Made by a program: the position numbers and the translations under genes. Below, one piece after another: positions 1 through 14,469 of a stretch of DNA of 64,000 bases. Location of the stretch: assembly GCA_051362555.1 (NCBI GenBank), contig CM120646.1, positions 8,122,001-8,186,000 on the forward strand. Direction: 5' to 3'. The notes beneath the pieces were generated by a model. The model was given only the letters and a program-made list of their open reading frames with translations. It had not been told where the DNA came from and made no database searches. The stretch is from Lingula anatina. Lineage: Eukaryota; Animalia; Brachiopoda. Position 1 is the stretch's first letter. Each line of letters opens with the position of its first letter.

Positions 1-39
1 CAACAGTTTCACGGTCACAAGTGAATCTAACGACTATCC

Positions 40-430
40 GTTAGTGATGCAGTTAAGTCCGGCCATCATAATTGTATTTTCTTCAAGGTCGATTGAAATT
101 AGACCTGGGTCATTTGCTTTGGCTGTCCAAGAGTCAGCGATGCATTGAGTCCGTTCAATATAACTGTTTTTTTTTCTTCAAGGCTGATCCAAGTCAGACT
201 TCGATCTTTAGCTTTGGCTGTACAGGGGCAAAGCTGCACTTAGTCCAATAATTCCGATAGTATATTTTCAAGGTCGACAAGGGTCATTTTATCTTGCTGC
301 CCAGTGACTTGATCTATTGGCTGTCAAAAGGAAGTGATACCATGAGTCCTTTGATTATAATAGCTGTTCTTAAAAGGCCGATTTAAGTCAGACTTGGTTC
401 ATTTACTCTACTTTGGCTCTCCGAGAGCAA
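40..430. repeat. Degenerate tandem repeat, ~95-100 bp unit, about 4 copies
   Basis: Recurring blocks TTTCTTCAAGG..GAT..AA.T.AGAC.T.G.TC.TT.GCTTTGGCTGT at ~78, ~173, ~265/305 and ~370; boundaries approximate. Confidence 0.55.
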
Positions 431-3400
431 CTCTCAGTGGCCTTTTTATGTGTATATCTGTTTTAATGAAAATAAACCATCTATCTACTTCAACCGCTGA
501 AGAAATCACTGGGCCGGGGGCACGGATACATGAAATACCGGCTTGGTGGAACTTAAAAGCATTTAACTACTTCTCTGGTCAGTGTATACTTACCAAAGAT
601 GAAAAGATGGAAAAGTAAAGACAGGCTTGTGGTTTACATTATTTATTATGGGAAGCGAAATAAGATGTTTTGACACGAATTACTCCAATAAGTAAATAAA
701 GTGAAATTGCAGATTCAAAGAGGAAATTGGATCAGATAAGCAGTATAACCAAGTCTAACACAATCTGAACTTATGAAAAAATATGTAAGCACGCGCATAC
801 AGTGAAATAATAAAAAGGGGGTCTTGTAATTTTCATTTTATAACGCATTTAAGTATTCAGGATATTAACACTATTGCTAATCTGTGAAAATGTACCGGTA
901 CAGACTGTATCGCTAAAGTATACCGCTCAACGTTAAATAAACTCGAACAATTAAACCGCGCGTTACAAATTACAGAGTTAGATTGAACGTGATTCGAGTC
1001 TGAACCGACCTCTGGTACCGTGATTCTAGCCAGAGTAAAAAAAGCCCACCATCGGCGTCCTTGATAACGCGTCACGTAGTTTTCAAGAATGAGTAGGAGG
1101 AGAAAAACAAAAGTGAAGTGGTTTAACTTTTGTTGCGTATGGCCATTGTGGGCCCCTGACTGCTTGGAACAGCGCCACGCTATTGTAGACCACCAAGACT
1201 GAGCACTGAGGATGAAGTGTTCATAAATCAAAACGATTGTCATTACTTTCAACACGTGAGATAATTGTCTTTTCCCTAAGATTTCAATAATTATATGGTT
1301 TGATTTATAGACTGCCATAGTTTAAGATTCGTTTTTCTTTGACGGCTGAACCAGTGTGTATTTACATAGTAAAAACTCTGTAGAGCTTTTTTTGCTTTAG
1401 TCAAAAGAAATGGTGCGAAATGATCGATGGTTTGATTGCGCTGTATTTCATCTACATTGTAAATGAAATTTTTATACGAGATTTTGTATATTCAAAAATT
1501 GGCTGCTGTTCCAAGTGCATTCTGAATTCTGACACATATAGACTAATAAAATGCACTGTGTTTTCTAGTAGACAAGGTGGTACATGTACTCAGTCCTCTG
1601 ACGTACAGTGCACTGGTCCTATAAATAACAAAATACCACGACAAAGCCGAGCAAGTTCTGGAAATGCGGAATATTAACCTGTTCTGGACAAGCTGCTTAA
1701 GCTGTAATTAAACTGAATCTAATAACTTTTTATTTTTTAAATTTACTAATATAATGAGAGCTTTTTTGTCAATATGTTAAGAATACTTAAACACAAATAC
1801 GAGACAGTCCACTTGAAGTTTAAGTTGTTCCACATTAAAACATGGATATTTATTGGCAGATCTTAACCACTTCAGAGAAGTTTTATGTTATTTTACAAGT
1901 ACAAATTTCCAACGCAGCAATGTGAAGTGTCTTCGTGTACAGTGCCGGTGACGTCAACCCTTTCAGGGAAAACATGCTTTTCAATTTCCTATGGTTTGAA
2001 GAGAGCGGATTGCCCTGGGCTCTGTGATTCCGAGGACAAACCAGAATAATCTTTGTGCAGGATATCATAGAAAAGCTAATCACCAAAAAGAGATTCTTTA
2101 ATTTGGTTTAATTGGTTTACATTTGCTGCGATTCACAGAGCAAGAACGGTCTGCAAGCAATACAGAAACCTTAAGTTTGTTGGGGGAGCCTTTTATGATT
2201 ACTTATTGATCAACTTAAGTAATCAGATTTTGAAATAAATAACTGGCGACAGAGCCCGAAAAATAAATAAGTAAATAAATATATACATGGCTGAGTCACA
2301 AACAATTCGAAAAATAAATGGATAAAGAGTGTGTGGAAGCATCCTCAAGATTTTGAATGCAAATTCGCACTTATCGGTAGTTAGAATCTAAAATTAGAAA
2401 GCTGTGCATTTAACTGTAGTGTTAGAGTAAGATGTTGCCCTAGCATCGGGAGCACGCTGAATAAGTTTGACATTTGCAAAAATTGCAGAGGAAAAACGCT
2501 AGTAATCTAAATAAGACGCTCTTTATCCATAACTAAACGAGACAGATAACCCCAATTACCAGACTCCCCTTTAGACCATCTATCTCCCCTTAAATAAAGC
2601 AGCCCACCTCGTCCTGTCACGGAAATTGTTCATAGAGTTCTCGTAGAGTAAGGGGAATGTGAGAAACTTCACCTAACAAGCCGTTAAGTGCCGACTCCTG
2701 CCACGGCTCGAGTTGTTAACTTCTGACAGAATCTCACGATTCTGACAGACGGAGTGATCAGCGTGTCATCATGGGGCGCTCTGGAAATGTCAGTTAATTC
2801 AGCGTAGGGCATAATACAGCTTGTTTACACCGCTTTGGAGGAGATGTACGACACAAGAAGAAATCCCACTTTAAACAAATTTGTTGGTTGGGAGTTAAAG
2901 GGCAGATTTTGAGGACGTACCTGCAGCTGGCTGTTGGTGTTTCTTTTAAAAATAATGAATTTTACTTTCAAATAATCCTGTTAATGATGATAATAGTATT
3001 CCATTAACCCCACACCCAAATAAGAAGACTATTTAAAGATTGTCAAGTTACATGACGAATTCATTTTTCTTCAGTTGATCTTTGTGATGTAACGAGATAC
3101 TAAAATACTTCCCATAAGAACAGACAAAGCTGATACCAAACCATCTCCATTTGAAACAAAATTGGTGCAAAAATATCTCATTCTTTCAAAATTAGGATTG
3201 GTTGCCCTCGTTATTTATTTTTCCGGTCTAAATCAGAATGTTTTAAAAGCCCTGGGGTTTATCCCGACAACAAGGCTTCGATTTTACGTAATAGGTCTAT
3301 CAAATTCCATGTTATCTGTTCATGAAATGTAATTATTATGAAGCACGGAAAGCACCTTTTATCGTTAAATCGTGACGCATTTGACTCTTTGCCAACTAAT

Positions 3401-4641
3401 TTTGGATTGTTGAGGTAATGTTCGTCTTCTTTCCTTGTACTGAAGGTTTGTCCAATCACCAAGCCTACGTAGCAGATTGAACAGATCATTAGAGACCAAG
3501 CATAAATTATAAAAAAGAGAAAAAAACATTCATCAAATTTTATTTATATGATTAAAAAAATTTAGTTTACAATCTAAGTGTTAAGAGTTGCAATAAACAT
3601 ATATCGTCATTAAACCAGCGAGCGGTTAATAATATTCAAAGTTATCATGAACATGAAGAGAAATGTCGACCAAATACAAATTATTTGTAGAAGAACAAAT
3701 ACTAATATCGTCATCTACCACAGAAACAAGGGCGTTTGCTCATGTCAGTCAGGATCCAGATTTCAAAGTTTGAGAACTTAGGATCTCCGGAAGGACTACC
3801 CGCTATGTTGATGCACTCTCACGTCCACCTCTGGACAGTGACCATACCCAAGTTAGTAATGAAGTGTACAGGTGAAGTGCTGGGCAGGTAGAATGGGTTC
3901 CAGGTGCAGTCTAGAGGCTGTATAGACACCAGAGTCGGTTTCAATGCAGACAGTACAGGGTTTACGTAAGGTGCAAATTAATAAACTAGGCTGAAAATGA
4001 ATCTATAGAGAGCAACTGAAACTAGGTATAAAACATTTTATGCATAGTTAAAGTTGATATTTTCAGGTGCATTTTTAGCTTAATTTATTAATTTCAAAAC
4101 CTAGATCAACACGGTGATAATTCTATGTAAGATACATGCACACCTTATTCTCGCAGGGGATTGGCTGTATGCTTTTGACAAATGTCAATGCCGTTGCAGA
4201 CCTTTGCTCTGCTTTTGGGCTTCATTTCTGTTTGCCAATTAAAGAAATAAACTTACCAGTCCCGCAGTCTTTATATGTAGGCATGGGGTCGTTGTTAAAT
4301 GTAGGTAATATATCTAGTGTGGGAGGAGCATACATTTAGGGCAAGCCCAATTAAGTTTCGTTTTTCATTTTTTTTTTTCAACTGGAAGGTAAAGAAGTCA
4401 TAAGAGGACATTTATTAAATTGGCCTGGAAATAGAGGGATGGGTCGCACTTATGTTATTCAAAATACTGACAATCGCCCAAAATAGACAAATAATGTACC
4501 ATAGAACGACAAACAAGTCAAAGCAAATACCCCCATCTTTTCGTTTTGCTGTCAAATAAGGATGTCGCATAAAGAATTTCAATGAGACCTTCAGTGAGAG
4601 CTTGTTCTAAAATAAATCACGTTCTATAGGTTCAAACATAC

Positions 4642-4683
4642 GTGTGTGTGTGTGTGTGTGTGCGTGTGTGTGTGTGTGTGTGT
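4642..4683. repeat. (GT)n microsatellite
   Basis: About 20 GT units with one GC interruption. Confidence 0.9.
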
Positions 4684-7600
4684 ACCCTTGTTCTTCCTTT
4701 GCTAATTGACACAGTAAACGCCCTTGCATTTGCGCTCTTCTTTTTGTCTAAACTTTTTTCTTGTAGGCGTACATCAAAGACAATGAACTGGAAGTCCTGT
4801 ATAAACAGCATTGTCAGGTAAATGAAACATAACTTAAGGACCAAAACATTTTTACCATCTGGATGTCGGTCACGACTGAAACCGTGCAATTCAAAGATTA
4901 TTTTCATCTCTTCGAGTTTCAGAGCCTAAAATCTGAAGTGCAGTTTTTTTTTTTCACGGTTTACACGACTCGCCTTAAACAAATTGCTACAGATTTATAG
5001 CGTTAACCTTGCAGACGACATCCGTAAGTGTAGCTAATTAACCTGCATGTTTCTAGGTTTAGCCACAAACGCCCGAAGCGTCTTCCTCGGCGGTAGACGT
5101 CTGGTCTGTGTAAACGGGACAACTAATCTCACGTAGACTTTTGATAAGGCATTGACGTCCCTCCCCCATGGGATAATCAACCACGGAAATTTTCATTATC
5201 ACCAAATGGCATAACAGATTCCACTTACAGAACCTAATGTCTAGGCATGCAAACAAAGACTTACGTAGCTTCAGACAAATTAATCTCTCGTCCTAGGTTG
5301 CAATTTGGTGTCTTTATTTGTCTCACGAAGTGTTACATATGTTTGTGTTTGTGTGTTTGGACGTCAGAAAGTTCTGACAAGACCTTGTGACGACTGCTCT
5401 GTCCAGAATTGTTTCAGTTTTACCGGTATGTGGACTACTAGTAATCATGCACAGACCGCCTTGAAATACTAAATGATCTCTGAAAGACGTAACTTGTTCA
5501 AAGGAGTGTCAAAAAGATAACCAACCCGCAAATAGAAAAATATCGCAAACTGCTTAATTCGTGTTGTTTATTTATTTATTTATTTATTTTTTTAATTTTT
5601 ATTCATGTGAACAAAGCAGAGCATCAAAATAATTAAGACGGGGACAATTGAGAAGACGACACTGTTTACACTGTTTGTGTTGTTAATTGCCAAACACCTC
5701 TCCCAACCAGTATCACTTTACTCCTGCAATTACAGGTACCAACGCAATCAAGCCGTTATCCAATAGGAGCAGAAACAAACTGTGTATGTTATCCATAAGA
5801 CCCTATAGTTGATAAATGCTAAACGATCAGAAACAGTTTGTTCTTACCAGCGGTTACTGAATAATGTTGTCTTGTACGGCTACACACTACTAATTTCATA
5901 TTATTGTTAAATAAGTCTTATCAAGTTACCATTATTAAAATAATCGAAGATAACCACTTTCTTTACGATAAAAGACGCCAAAGTATATCGACCATTCTGG
6001 TCATTTCTCCACAGCTGTCAGACTCGTATCCCCCCTTCTTTTGAATTCTCTTTTGTACTAGTTGAATCTAAATGCGCGTTTGAATAAAGCCATTTTTTTA
6101 CATTTGATTATCCTTTTTCACTTGTCATGTTCAATTTTTGCAGGTAAAATACATTTTACGAACTGTTATCTTTTTACAAATTCTCAGTGAATGAGGTTGG
6201 AAAAGTCAAAGAAACATTGCAATGGGAGACATCTTTCGCGGAAAATCTAAGTATCGGTTCTTTTAAAGGCCGGATCCAATCGCGGCAGCATGTATCCGGG
6301 GGAAACCTTCCTTGATTGCCCCTAATCACCAACGTTCGATCTGAACAATCCTCAGCGGCGAAAGCAATACAGATAATTTAAATCTGCGGTTAAAAATGCA
6401 GATAGATTGACATTGCCCTTTACATCGACTCCCCATTTTATCCGCAGACGGTTGATATATTGATAACGGTGTTTAAAGTGAAAATTGACAGCAACATAGA
6501 TCAAGTTTAATCTGATCACTAGAGGCTCATTAAAACTGTGTTATCATAAGTGAGTGATTTTCTACGATATTGGCTTTGTCGTCACCATGGGACTGTGATG
6601 GAAGAACAATTGTGTTGCGCCTTCTGATTGGATAATCCAGTGAAGGTTTCAGCATCGATGCCCCTCACATTACCGTCCCCCTTCTAAGCTGTCGCACTTT
6701 GATCTAATGTTAAAGTGATGAGTGGCATTCTTGGAATCATGAATTTTGCATCCTTTTTAATTGTCTGTATGTATAAAAAAAACATCGCTTTCTCTGGCTG
6801 TCTTGAATGGGAAAATGACGATGCTTAACTGCCATAAGGACTATTACTTGCTTCAATTTGGTTAAGACCTACACTAAGACCTACCATACCAAAAGAATAT
6901 GAGTGATCTTTGGTTACTAGGTTGCAAACAGCCCAACCATAGTAATGTGCCTTCTGATGTAGACAAAGGCAAATATAATTTTCACTTAATTTGACATCTT
7001 TATAAGATAAGCGTCGGCGGATAAAATTTACAGACAATGTCATATGTTCATACATTGTTCTTGTCTTGTACATGTACTCACACTAATCTTTATTGTTTTT
7101 GTGAATGAAATGTTAAAGTTAAATTTAAAGTCATTTCAGAAAACATCAAGCACTGTACTTTGTCTGGTTTTGAAGCAACAGCTAAAAAAACATAAACATC
7201 TTACAAAAATAACAAGTAATTCCCATGCATTGACATCAAAATTTGTTACAAAACTGAGAAACGTTCCTCTTGATGTTTGACACTTTCACACCACTGGTAT
7301 AACCATGTCAAATGATTTCTAAGTTGTCGTTTCAAACATTATGCCCTTCAGCATTCATGTTTTGGCAGATTTTTATCAACCAATAATTCGATCATTCAAA
7401 AAGCTCCAAATTTCAGAAATATACACCAGTGCCACATGGCATCTGTCTCCGTGAGTGGCCTGCTTGTGATTCCCTTGAAATCATTACGAAAATCGACTTA
7501 CAGAATCCTTCATTTTGGCAAGATTTAATTACAGACACATAATATCTTGCCAATGTGTCGCCAGGTTGACACCAAGCCATATAACATTCTGGTAATCAAA

Positions 7601-9546
7601 GTGAATGCCTCTGCCAAACGATGTTCACTTCATCGTTTTCTTAAATAATTTTTCTGTAAATATAGCGGCCATTGCACAGTAGTATGAATGTATAGGAGGT
7701 TAAGAAGAGACTGGCCTTTTTTACTATTCAGTGTTATTTTGACGTAAAAAAATTCCATTGCTACAGTATCAAAATTGGTTTTTGCCTATACCAAACATGC
7801 AAAAAGATACATTAAATCCAATCAACCGTAAAATGAGTGTCAATAGGGAAAAGGACCGGTTAGGAAAATGTTGAAATCTTAATGTTCAATTTGAGAAACT
7901 TGCAATGTTTTGCAAAATTTTGAATCCCAATGGGCTCATATGTGACTAATGTGAATCTAGCATTCTTAATTCACAAGCGACTGGAATTCATTCTATCTTA
8001 TAACAGATTGTGATGGATCTTTGAGATAGGGGGTGGAAGAGTAATGCTGAAGTTTTGATTAAAAAAATTGGACCTAAACCACACTTATTGCAAATGTTTA
8101 ATTTCCATCACAGCATCAAACATACAAGAACTCCTGGACTTCAAAACATAACGAAACGGCAAGAACTATTTTACTGACTTATGTTAGAGAGAAAGGACAT
8201 AGCACTTTGAATAGAAATGCCAAACTAACAAAATAGAGTTTTCCCTGGGGCTTTTTATAAGATCCGTTTTGCTTTTCTAAAATATTAATGAATGATCCAT
8301 CACTAATTTGGCATGGAGGCTATTAAATTACATATTGTCAAAGCCCATTGTCAATCTCATATTTATACATAAGTTCCCACGACGACATATTGTGCCGGTT
8401 ATCAATGTCTTTTATTCTGTTACGTAGTTTTAAATATTGAAGAAAATTATCATTGCTTTTGACAAGGCGGAATTACAGTTATATCTAATTGACACAGTGT
8501 CTTTATCGATAATTTGATCGTCTTTATCGTCAGAGACTTTTTGGGCATAACAGGTAATACTCTCTAATGCTTGATTATTATACCGTGCATAAGGTCGTCC
8601 ACAATGTGTTTTGTGCACACTGCTTTAGGCTTCATGAAACGGAGAACGGCGAATTGAAACACGCGTCAGCCTCAGTCTCTGCCAGGATTTAACAGACCCT
8701 GAAAAGGTCACTCATGCGACTTGTGTTGTTAGGAAAAAAAGCCTCATACTGAGTAACTGCCTAAGCGGCCCAATTAACCTCCTTTTCGCTCAATTCCCCG
8801 CGGCGCCGACCTGGAGAATGACATGTGTTTTACGGGCCGGGAGGGGTACATTCCGTGTGTTTTTACATAAAGCCAACTGGCCTGATTATTCCATATCATT
8901 AGCATATCTATTGACCCCCCTCCCACCCTTCTTAATCATTCTTGGTTATCCTGATAAAGACAGCTGACTGGAATACATTTTTTAGAATATGAGATTCACA
9001 TCTATAGAAAATAAGATTGGCAGAAAAAAACCAAGCTAAATGTAGAACTTAAACAACTACCGGTACCCAAACCGACACGTTTTTGTAGATTAAAGGTTAA
9101 AAGACAAATGGAATCCATAATCACCTGGTTTTCTGCATTAAAAAGCTACACTTGGCGGGAGTTCCTTCACCGCTAACTTATTAGTGACACCCTCGTTCTC
9201 AAACCTTTCCCCTGCGCCATTAAAGATTAAGTGCCGGATACTCATGTACCTTCTATTAAAACCATGCTGATTTAGAATTTGTACAACGTCGACTACTCCA
9301 TCCATTCTAAGTGGAATTACGCACGGTTTCATGTACGTGAGCTGGTATAGTTATTTCGATTGCGCGATGCTCCCAGTGACGTTCACGCTTTAATGCAAAC
9401 GTCATATTAAATTTAGTTTTGGAAGTACGTGTTTTTCTGTTGGCAAATAAGCTTGACTTTTATCTGTCTTTTTCCGTCTGTCTGTTTGTATGGGTGCATT
9501 TTTGCATGTGTGTACACAAAAACATAAATGTATATAAGTAGGTATG

Positions 9547-9717
9547 CAGGCCCGTAGCCAGCAATTTTAAAAAGGGGGTTCTTTTTTTGAAAAAGTGGAC
9601 CTTTTCCCATAAAAACATCATGTACCTAGATCAAATTTTACCCAAAGTGGGCCTTTTCCCAGCAAAAGGGGAGGTTCTGTCGAACCCCCGAACCCCCCCT
9701 CTCTGGATACGGGCCTG
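9547..9717. mobile_element. MITE with 15-bp TIRs and 5-bp target-site duplication
   Basis: Left CAGGCCCGTAGCCAG, right CTGGATACGGGCCTG (1 mismatch); flanked on both sides by GTATG (9542-9546, 9718-9722). Confidence 0.8.
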
Positions 9718-9729
9718 GTATGTAATATA

Positions 9730-11391
9730 CAGGGTTACCACTTAATATGGAATATTATTTTTTTGGCGAGTAAATTTTCTACAAAATATTTAATTTCTCT
9801 CTAACTACTTTAAATCCAAAGCTGAGGTGTCACTCCATGTGTAGCTGGGTGTGTTACCTTATTACCACACAACTCTCGAAACAATTGATGCATGCAGTTA
9901 CATGTTCTGTGGTCAGAAATGTGAGGGGTGGTCTTTTCGGCAATTTCTGCCCTTGTATAAAAACGCATGGGTTTAGTCAATCTTTGGAGTGTGTTTAGAG
10001 AAGCAATAAAGGGATCGCTCTGAAACTTGACAGGTACCTTATTGAAGATATGGTTCGACAGCTTAGCAACGCAGCTTACTATGGGACTCTTGCTCTCAGA
10101 AAAAAATGTCCAGAAACGGACAGCCATTGCCAGGTAATTCAACATTTATCAGGAACCTTTTGTAAAGTCCTCCAAAGAATTGATGCAACAGTGACACCTA
10201 CTCCAATACCTCGACCAGGGTGTCTTCGTATCACACCAAGAAGACAGGATCGCCTTCTCCTTAGAGGACGCCATGCTGGTCGTACAAAGACAACCAGTGT
10301 CCTCAGAAAAGAGAGGCAGAATGTCATTCAAACGCCCGTTTCAAGGTCAATCGTGAACAAGAGATTACTGCAAGCCGGTTATTTTGCACGAAGGCCAGTA
10401 GGGAAACCACTGTTAACAGCAGGTCATAGACAGCGACGTCTGCAATGGGCTGGGGACCACGTGGGTTTGCAGCCAAAACACTGGAATCACGTCGTTTTCA
10501 GTGATGAGGCCAGAAATGGATTTTTTAGGGTTGATGGTCGAATCCGTGTCCACCGACGTGTACGAGGGGCATAAAACGATGATTGTGTACTGCCTAGGGT
10601 GCAAGCAGGGGCTTGTAACGTCTCTGTTTGAGGAGCATTTCATGTCGGTGCCCAGAACCAGTTGGTTTTTCTAAGAGGCAACCCTAGCCAGGATTCCTAC
10701 AGAGGCATTCTACAGCAAACGATGCTTCGATTGGTAAGAGCCATCTTCAGGAACAACTTTGTGTACCAAGACGACTGCGCAACCCCATATCGAGGCCGCG
10801 GAATCACTGTTTTTCTTCAAAACCAATGGGTTCAGCAACTGCCCTGGCCTGCAAACTCTCCAGATATGAACCCAATTGAAAATCTTTTGGCAAAAGTAAC
10901 TCACAGAATAAATAGCTATGGTCATCGGCCGGTAAATAGTGATGAACTGCGACAGGCAAATATCACTGCGTGGAATGATATCCCCATCCAAACTCTAAAA
11001 AACGTGTTACAGGGTATGCCATGTAGGATGAGGGCGCTGCAAGCGGCTGCTGGAGGTCATACCCGCAATTACTGACTTTTCATGATTTACTGTAGTGAGT
11101 TCTTTGATTGTGTAACATATCACTGTCCGAAGGCTATCATTTACTTTAATATCTTAGCTTAAAGTTAATACCGACATTAAACTGTTGATATGATTTTCTG
11201 TAGGTGTTCCTTTCTTTTGAATGGCATCTTATGTCAGATTTGATATCATTGACCAAAATATCTCAGAACAGAAGACTGGATGTTTTTATTACTCAGTGGC
11301 ATACTTTTTTAATGACTCAAGCCAAATAAAATTTAATCAGTACTCAAAAATAACAATGATAAAAAATATTCCATATTAAGTGGCAACCCTG
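9730..11391 (+). mobile_element. Full-length Tc1/mariner (DD34E) DNA transposon, defective
   Basis: 27-bp TIRs CAGGGTT(A/G)CCACTTAATATGGAATATT at 9730 and ending 11391; TA TSD at 9728-29 and 11392-93; 1662 bp; internal transposase. Confidence 0.95.
10050..11075 (+). pseudogene. Tc1-family transposase pseudogene
   Basis: Motifs RPGCLRITPRRQDR, VVFSDE, YQDDCATPY, WPANSPDMNPIEN with 34 residues between second D and E; in-frame stops TAA 10572-74 and TGA 10629-31 (in the VWG motif); N-terminal HTH (TAIAR*FNI) lies in a shifted frame. Confidence 0.92.
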
Positions 11392-11968
11392 TATCTCTGA
11401 CCCAATTTCGACCACCCTTCCCACTGCCTCGTTTCTATTCGTCCACTCATTCATCTCATTTTTTCTTTCTCTCGAAAGAGATGGTTGACTTCATTGTCTT
11501 ATTTTAGTGCACATTTACAGTTCGGGACAGATGGCATTCAGTGTCCCCCTTTTTCCTCTTAATCGATCTACCTCCTTCAGTCTTATAAAATTTCATAAAA
11601 TTATGTTATAATTATAAGGTTAGACCTGATGTGAATTCGACATCTCGGGCTCGTGAATGTCAGAGGTATCTAAGCAGTTGAAAACATTATTTTGACACAT
11701 GGAGTGTTGGACAAATTCATTATCTTACCCCAATGATTTAATGAAATAATAAAACAGGGAGATTTACGTTTTTGCGTTAATGGATCGATTTTCGAGAACA
11801 AAACTTTCAGCGGAAGACAATCAAAATAGCACTCGGCGAAGTTTAAAGGCCGTAAAATCAGGAAATTATTCTGGATTCTTCGATCGAGGCGTTATTAAAA
11901 TCATTATGAATCTTAAATCAAAATCAGCGTACTATAATTGGACACGGTGAAGAGACGTAAGCTGCACC

Positions 11969-12032
<64 letters not shown>
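11969..12032. repeat. (ATT)n microsatellite
   Basis: About 21 ATT units. Confidence 0.9.
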
Positions 12033-13150
12033 GTATAGGGCATTCTATTATATGCATTTCAATGCACTCTACAAAAATATGTATTACACTATCTGTTCGT
12101 CCTATTTGCCTTAGCATATTTGGATACAAGGAGGGGCAAGGTGGGGTTCAAGTTAATTTCGTGCGTTTTCCAGTGAAACAGTTTTAGGATATCAGACACT
12201 AATAGGGGTATTAGTCCAGTAAACGAACGAAATGTCTCCGTTCAGTTTGCAAAAAATGTAAACAAAGGTTTCTCAATAGAATCCGATCCAGTTTGGACCA
12301 ATATAACCCAGATAATTTCCCACCGGAATCCACCCATGTTAAAAAGGCCAAAATCCAAAATGGCCGCCAATGCGGGTGTTTGAGGGGCGGATGTTTAAAT
12401 GGGCATATCATGAAAACTGTGTAACTTTACAACTTGTGAGAGGTTTCATTTCCAATGTTCCAAGTGATGGCCATTCATTTGTAAAAAGTTTGGAAGTATC
12501 ACAGGTCATGGTCATGCCTGAATGTCAAGGTCAATCTCGAAAAGGGACCAAAATAGCTTAAAATACAACATCAACTTTCTTTATTCTTTCTAAATTAACT
12601 TTTTTATGATTTTTATAGCTTCTATTGAGAACTGCATACAAGAGACCACCTTTGTGGATGTGCCATTTAACTGACCAAGGATAAAATAATGTATGTCAGG
12701 GTCAAAGTTGCATCCAAACACATACAAATTTCAAGTAGTAAATAATGTAAGGTTTCAAACTTAAAGGCCACTTTTGAACTTAAGTTATTTTATTTTTTTT
12801 ATTTTATTTTATTTTATTTTATTTATTTATTTATTTATTTATTTATTTTTGAAACTGGTCCCAGATTATAGTTGTTTTGATGCATTTCTGAAAAGCATTC
12901 GTTTGTCGTTCCATTAACGGCTAAGCAGTAGCATCTTTCTTCAAAAATTAAATTTTATCGAGTCAGTGTGGAATTGTAAAATCCTATAAGTGCTCCTAAG
13001 TACAACTTGTGAGGTTTCCTGTAAGATGAAAGTACTTTTTGTCTCTTCTGTGACTTGGTAGTCACACTGATCATGCGGCTGAATCTCAACCATGGCACGC
13101 TAGTTTCTCTTTTTTACTGACATTTGATTTAAATGATTGTGGTAGTGTGC

Positions 13151-13153
<3 letters not shown>

Positions 13154-13191
<38 letters not shown>
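13154..13191. repeat. (GA)n microsatellite
   Basis: About 19 GA units. Confidence 0.9.
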
Positions 13192-13194
<3 letters not shown>

Positions 13195-14469
13195 GGGAGC
13201 ACAAATACATCTTAAAGCTTAACTGTTGACTTCTACAAACATCAGAACACCTCTAAGCTGGATATAAATGAAATTAAAATTGGGGAAAAGGCGCTTGCAT
13301 GATTTGCTTTTATACTAAAGAAGATACAGCAACATATCTATTCAATCGGACGTAGGACTAGAATTTATCATTCAAATGAAAAACTCTCTGCTCAGTGACA
13401 TTTATAAGATAAAGTGCAATTTTTTGCAGCTGCGAAGCAAACTGCCTGACATACATTTTTCTTATGTCAGTTGTTGTCTAACCTTAAGGTCATGTGTTTT
13501 CCATAAAATAACAGAGAGAGAAAGAGAGACGGAGAGATATATAATATCATTGTATTACAGTATGGAAAAGATATATAATTCAGGAAAAAATTCACAACGC
13601 CGCTTGCACTGCTAGCATTTCAAACAGCTGTCTTCAAAAGGTGGCCCTATATATGAGTTATTGCTGTAAAAAATATGTCGTGTTAAACAATCACTGCAAA
13701 CAACACTAGGGACTCTTTCTTCTCTCAGTCATGCAAATATTAACGGTGCAATGCGTTCTAAGCAATGAAATTCGTGGTAATAATCTTATCGAATTACATC
13801 TACATCGCTGGTAATCATCTGCCCTGGATCAAAGAAAAATCTTCCGATGGTTTCCATTACAATTAAATCTCAAGAAAAATATCTTTATGGAAGTAAAAAT
13901 AAGCAATCAGGCAGAAAAAGCACATCATTCTAGACTGTAAATAACCATTGATGTGGAAGACTTCCCATTCACCCGTCATATAAGAATGAAGTGTATTATT
14001 CTATCGAACATCTTAGAAGTTTATGTGTGTTGTAATGTTCGTATGTGTCAGGGAGGTGAAGGGATTACCCTGTGTGATAGCTATAAAGTACATTTGTCCG
14101 CTAAAAATGCACGTGTTGATTGGGGTTTTTATTACGTGTAATTGCAAATGAACATGTGCTAGATATACTACATCTAGGGTATATACCAATAACATAAACC
14201 CAAGGGGAATTACAATAAGAAATATTCCGAATCAGTGAAATTTTAAGTAGATATATATATATAACGATGTTTATTGTAGTTTATTTTCGTGTTAACGGTA
14301 TTTTGTTTTATAATGCATCCCGACTTAGCATGATGATGTGGTATTCAATTCTAAGTTAGAAAAGTAAAGGCAAGTCGAGGTGAACGGTATGTAAAATGTA
14401 TTCAGTTCTACTAAGATTCTGCAAGCATTTGAAAAGATACAAAACGATTGAGAATTACTATTTATCCCC

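Noticed and set aside
857-1318. 153-aa minus-strand ORF
   Set aside because: No recognisable domain, composition unremarkable, no splice partners; treated as chance
1571-1677. GTCTQSSDVQCTG resembling a TNFR cysteine-rich repeat
   Set aside because: Single short motif, no supporting exons or clear donor site
10572-10631. In-frame TGA in the Tc1 transposase as selenocysteine or readthrough
   Set aside because: It replaces a conserved Trp codon (TGG to TGA) and co-occurs with a TAA and frameshifts; ordinary decay
12200-12760. Repeat-like region with CCAAAATGGCCGCC and TCAAGGTCA motifs
   Set aside because: Suggestive of a Helitron-derived repeat, but no termini or second copy were identifiable in the window
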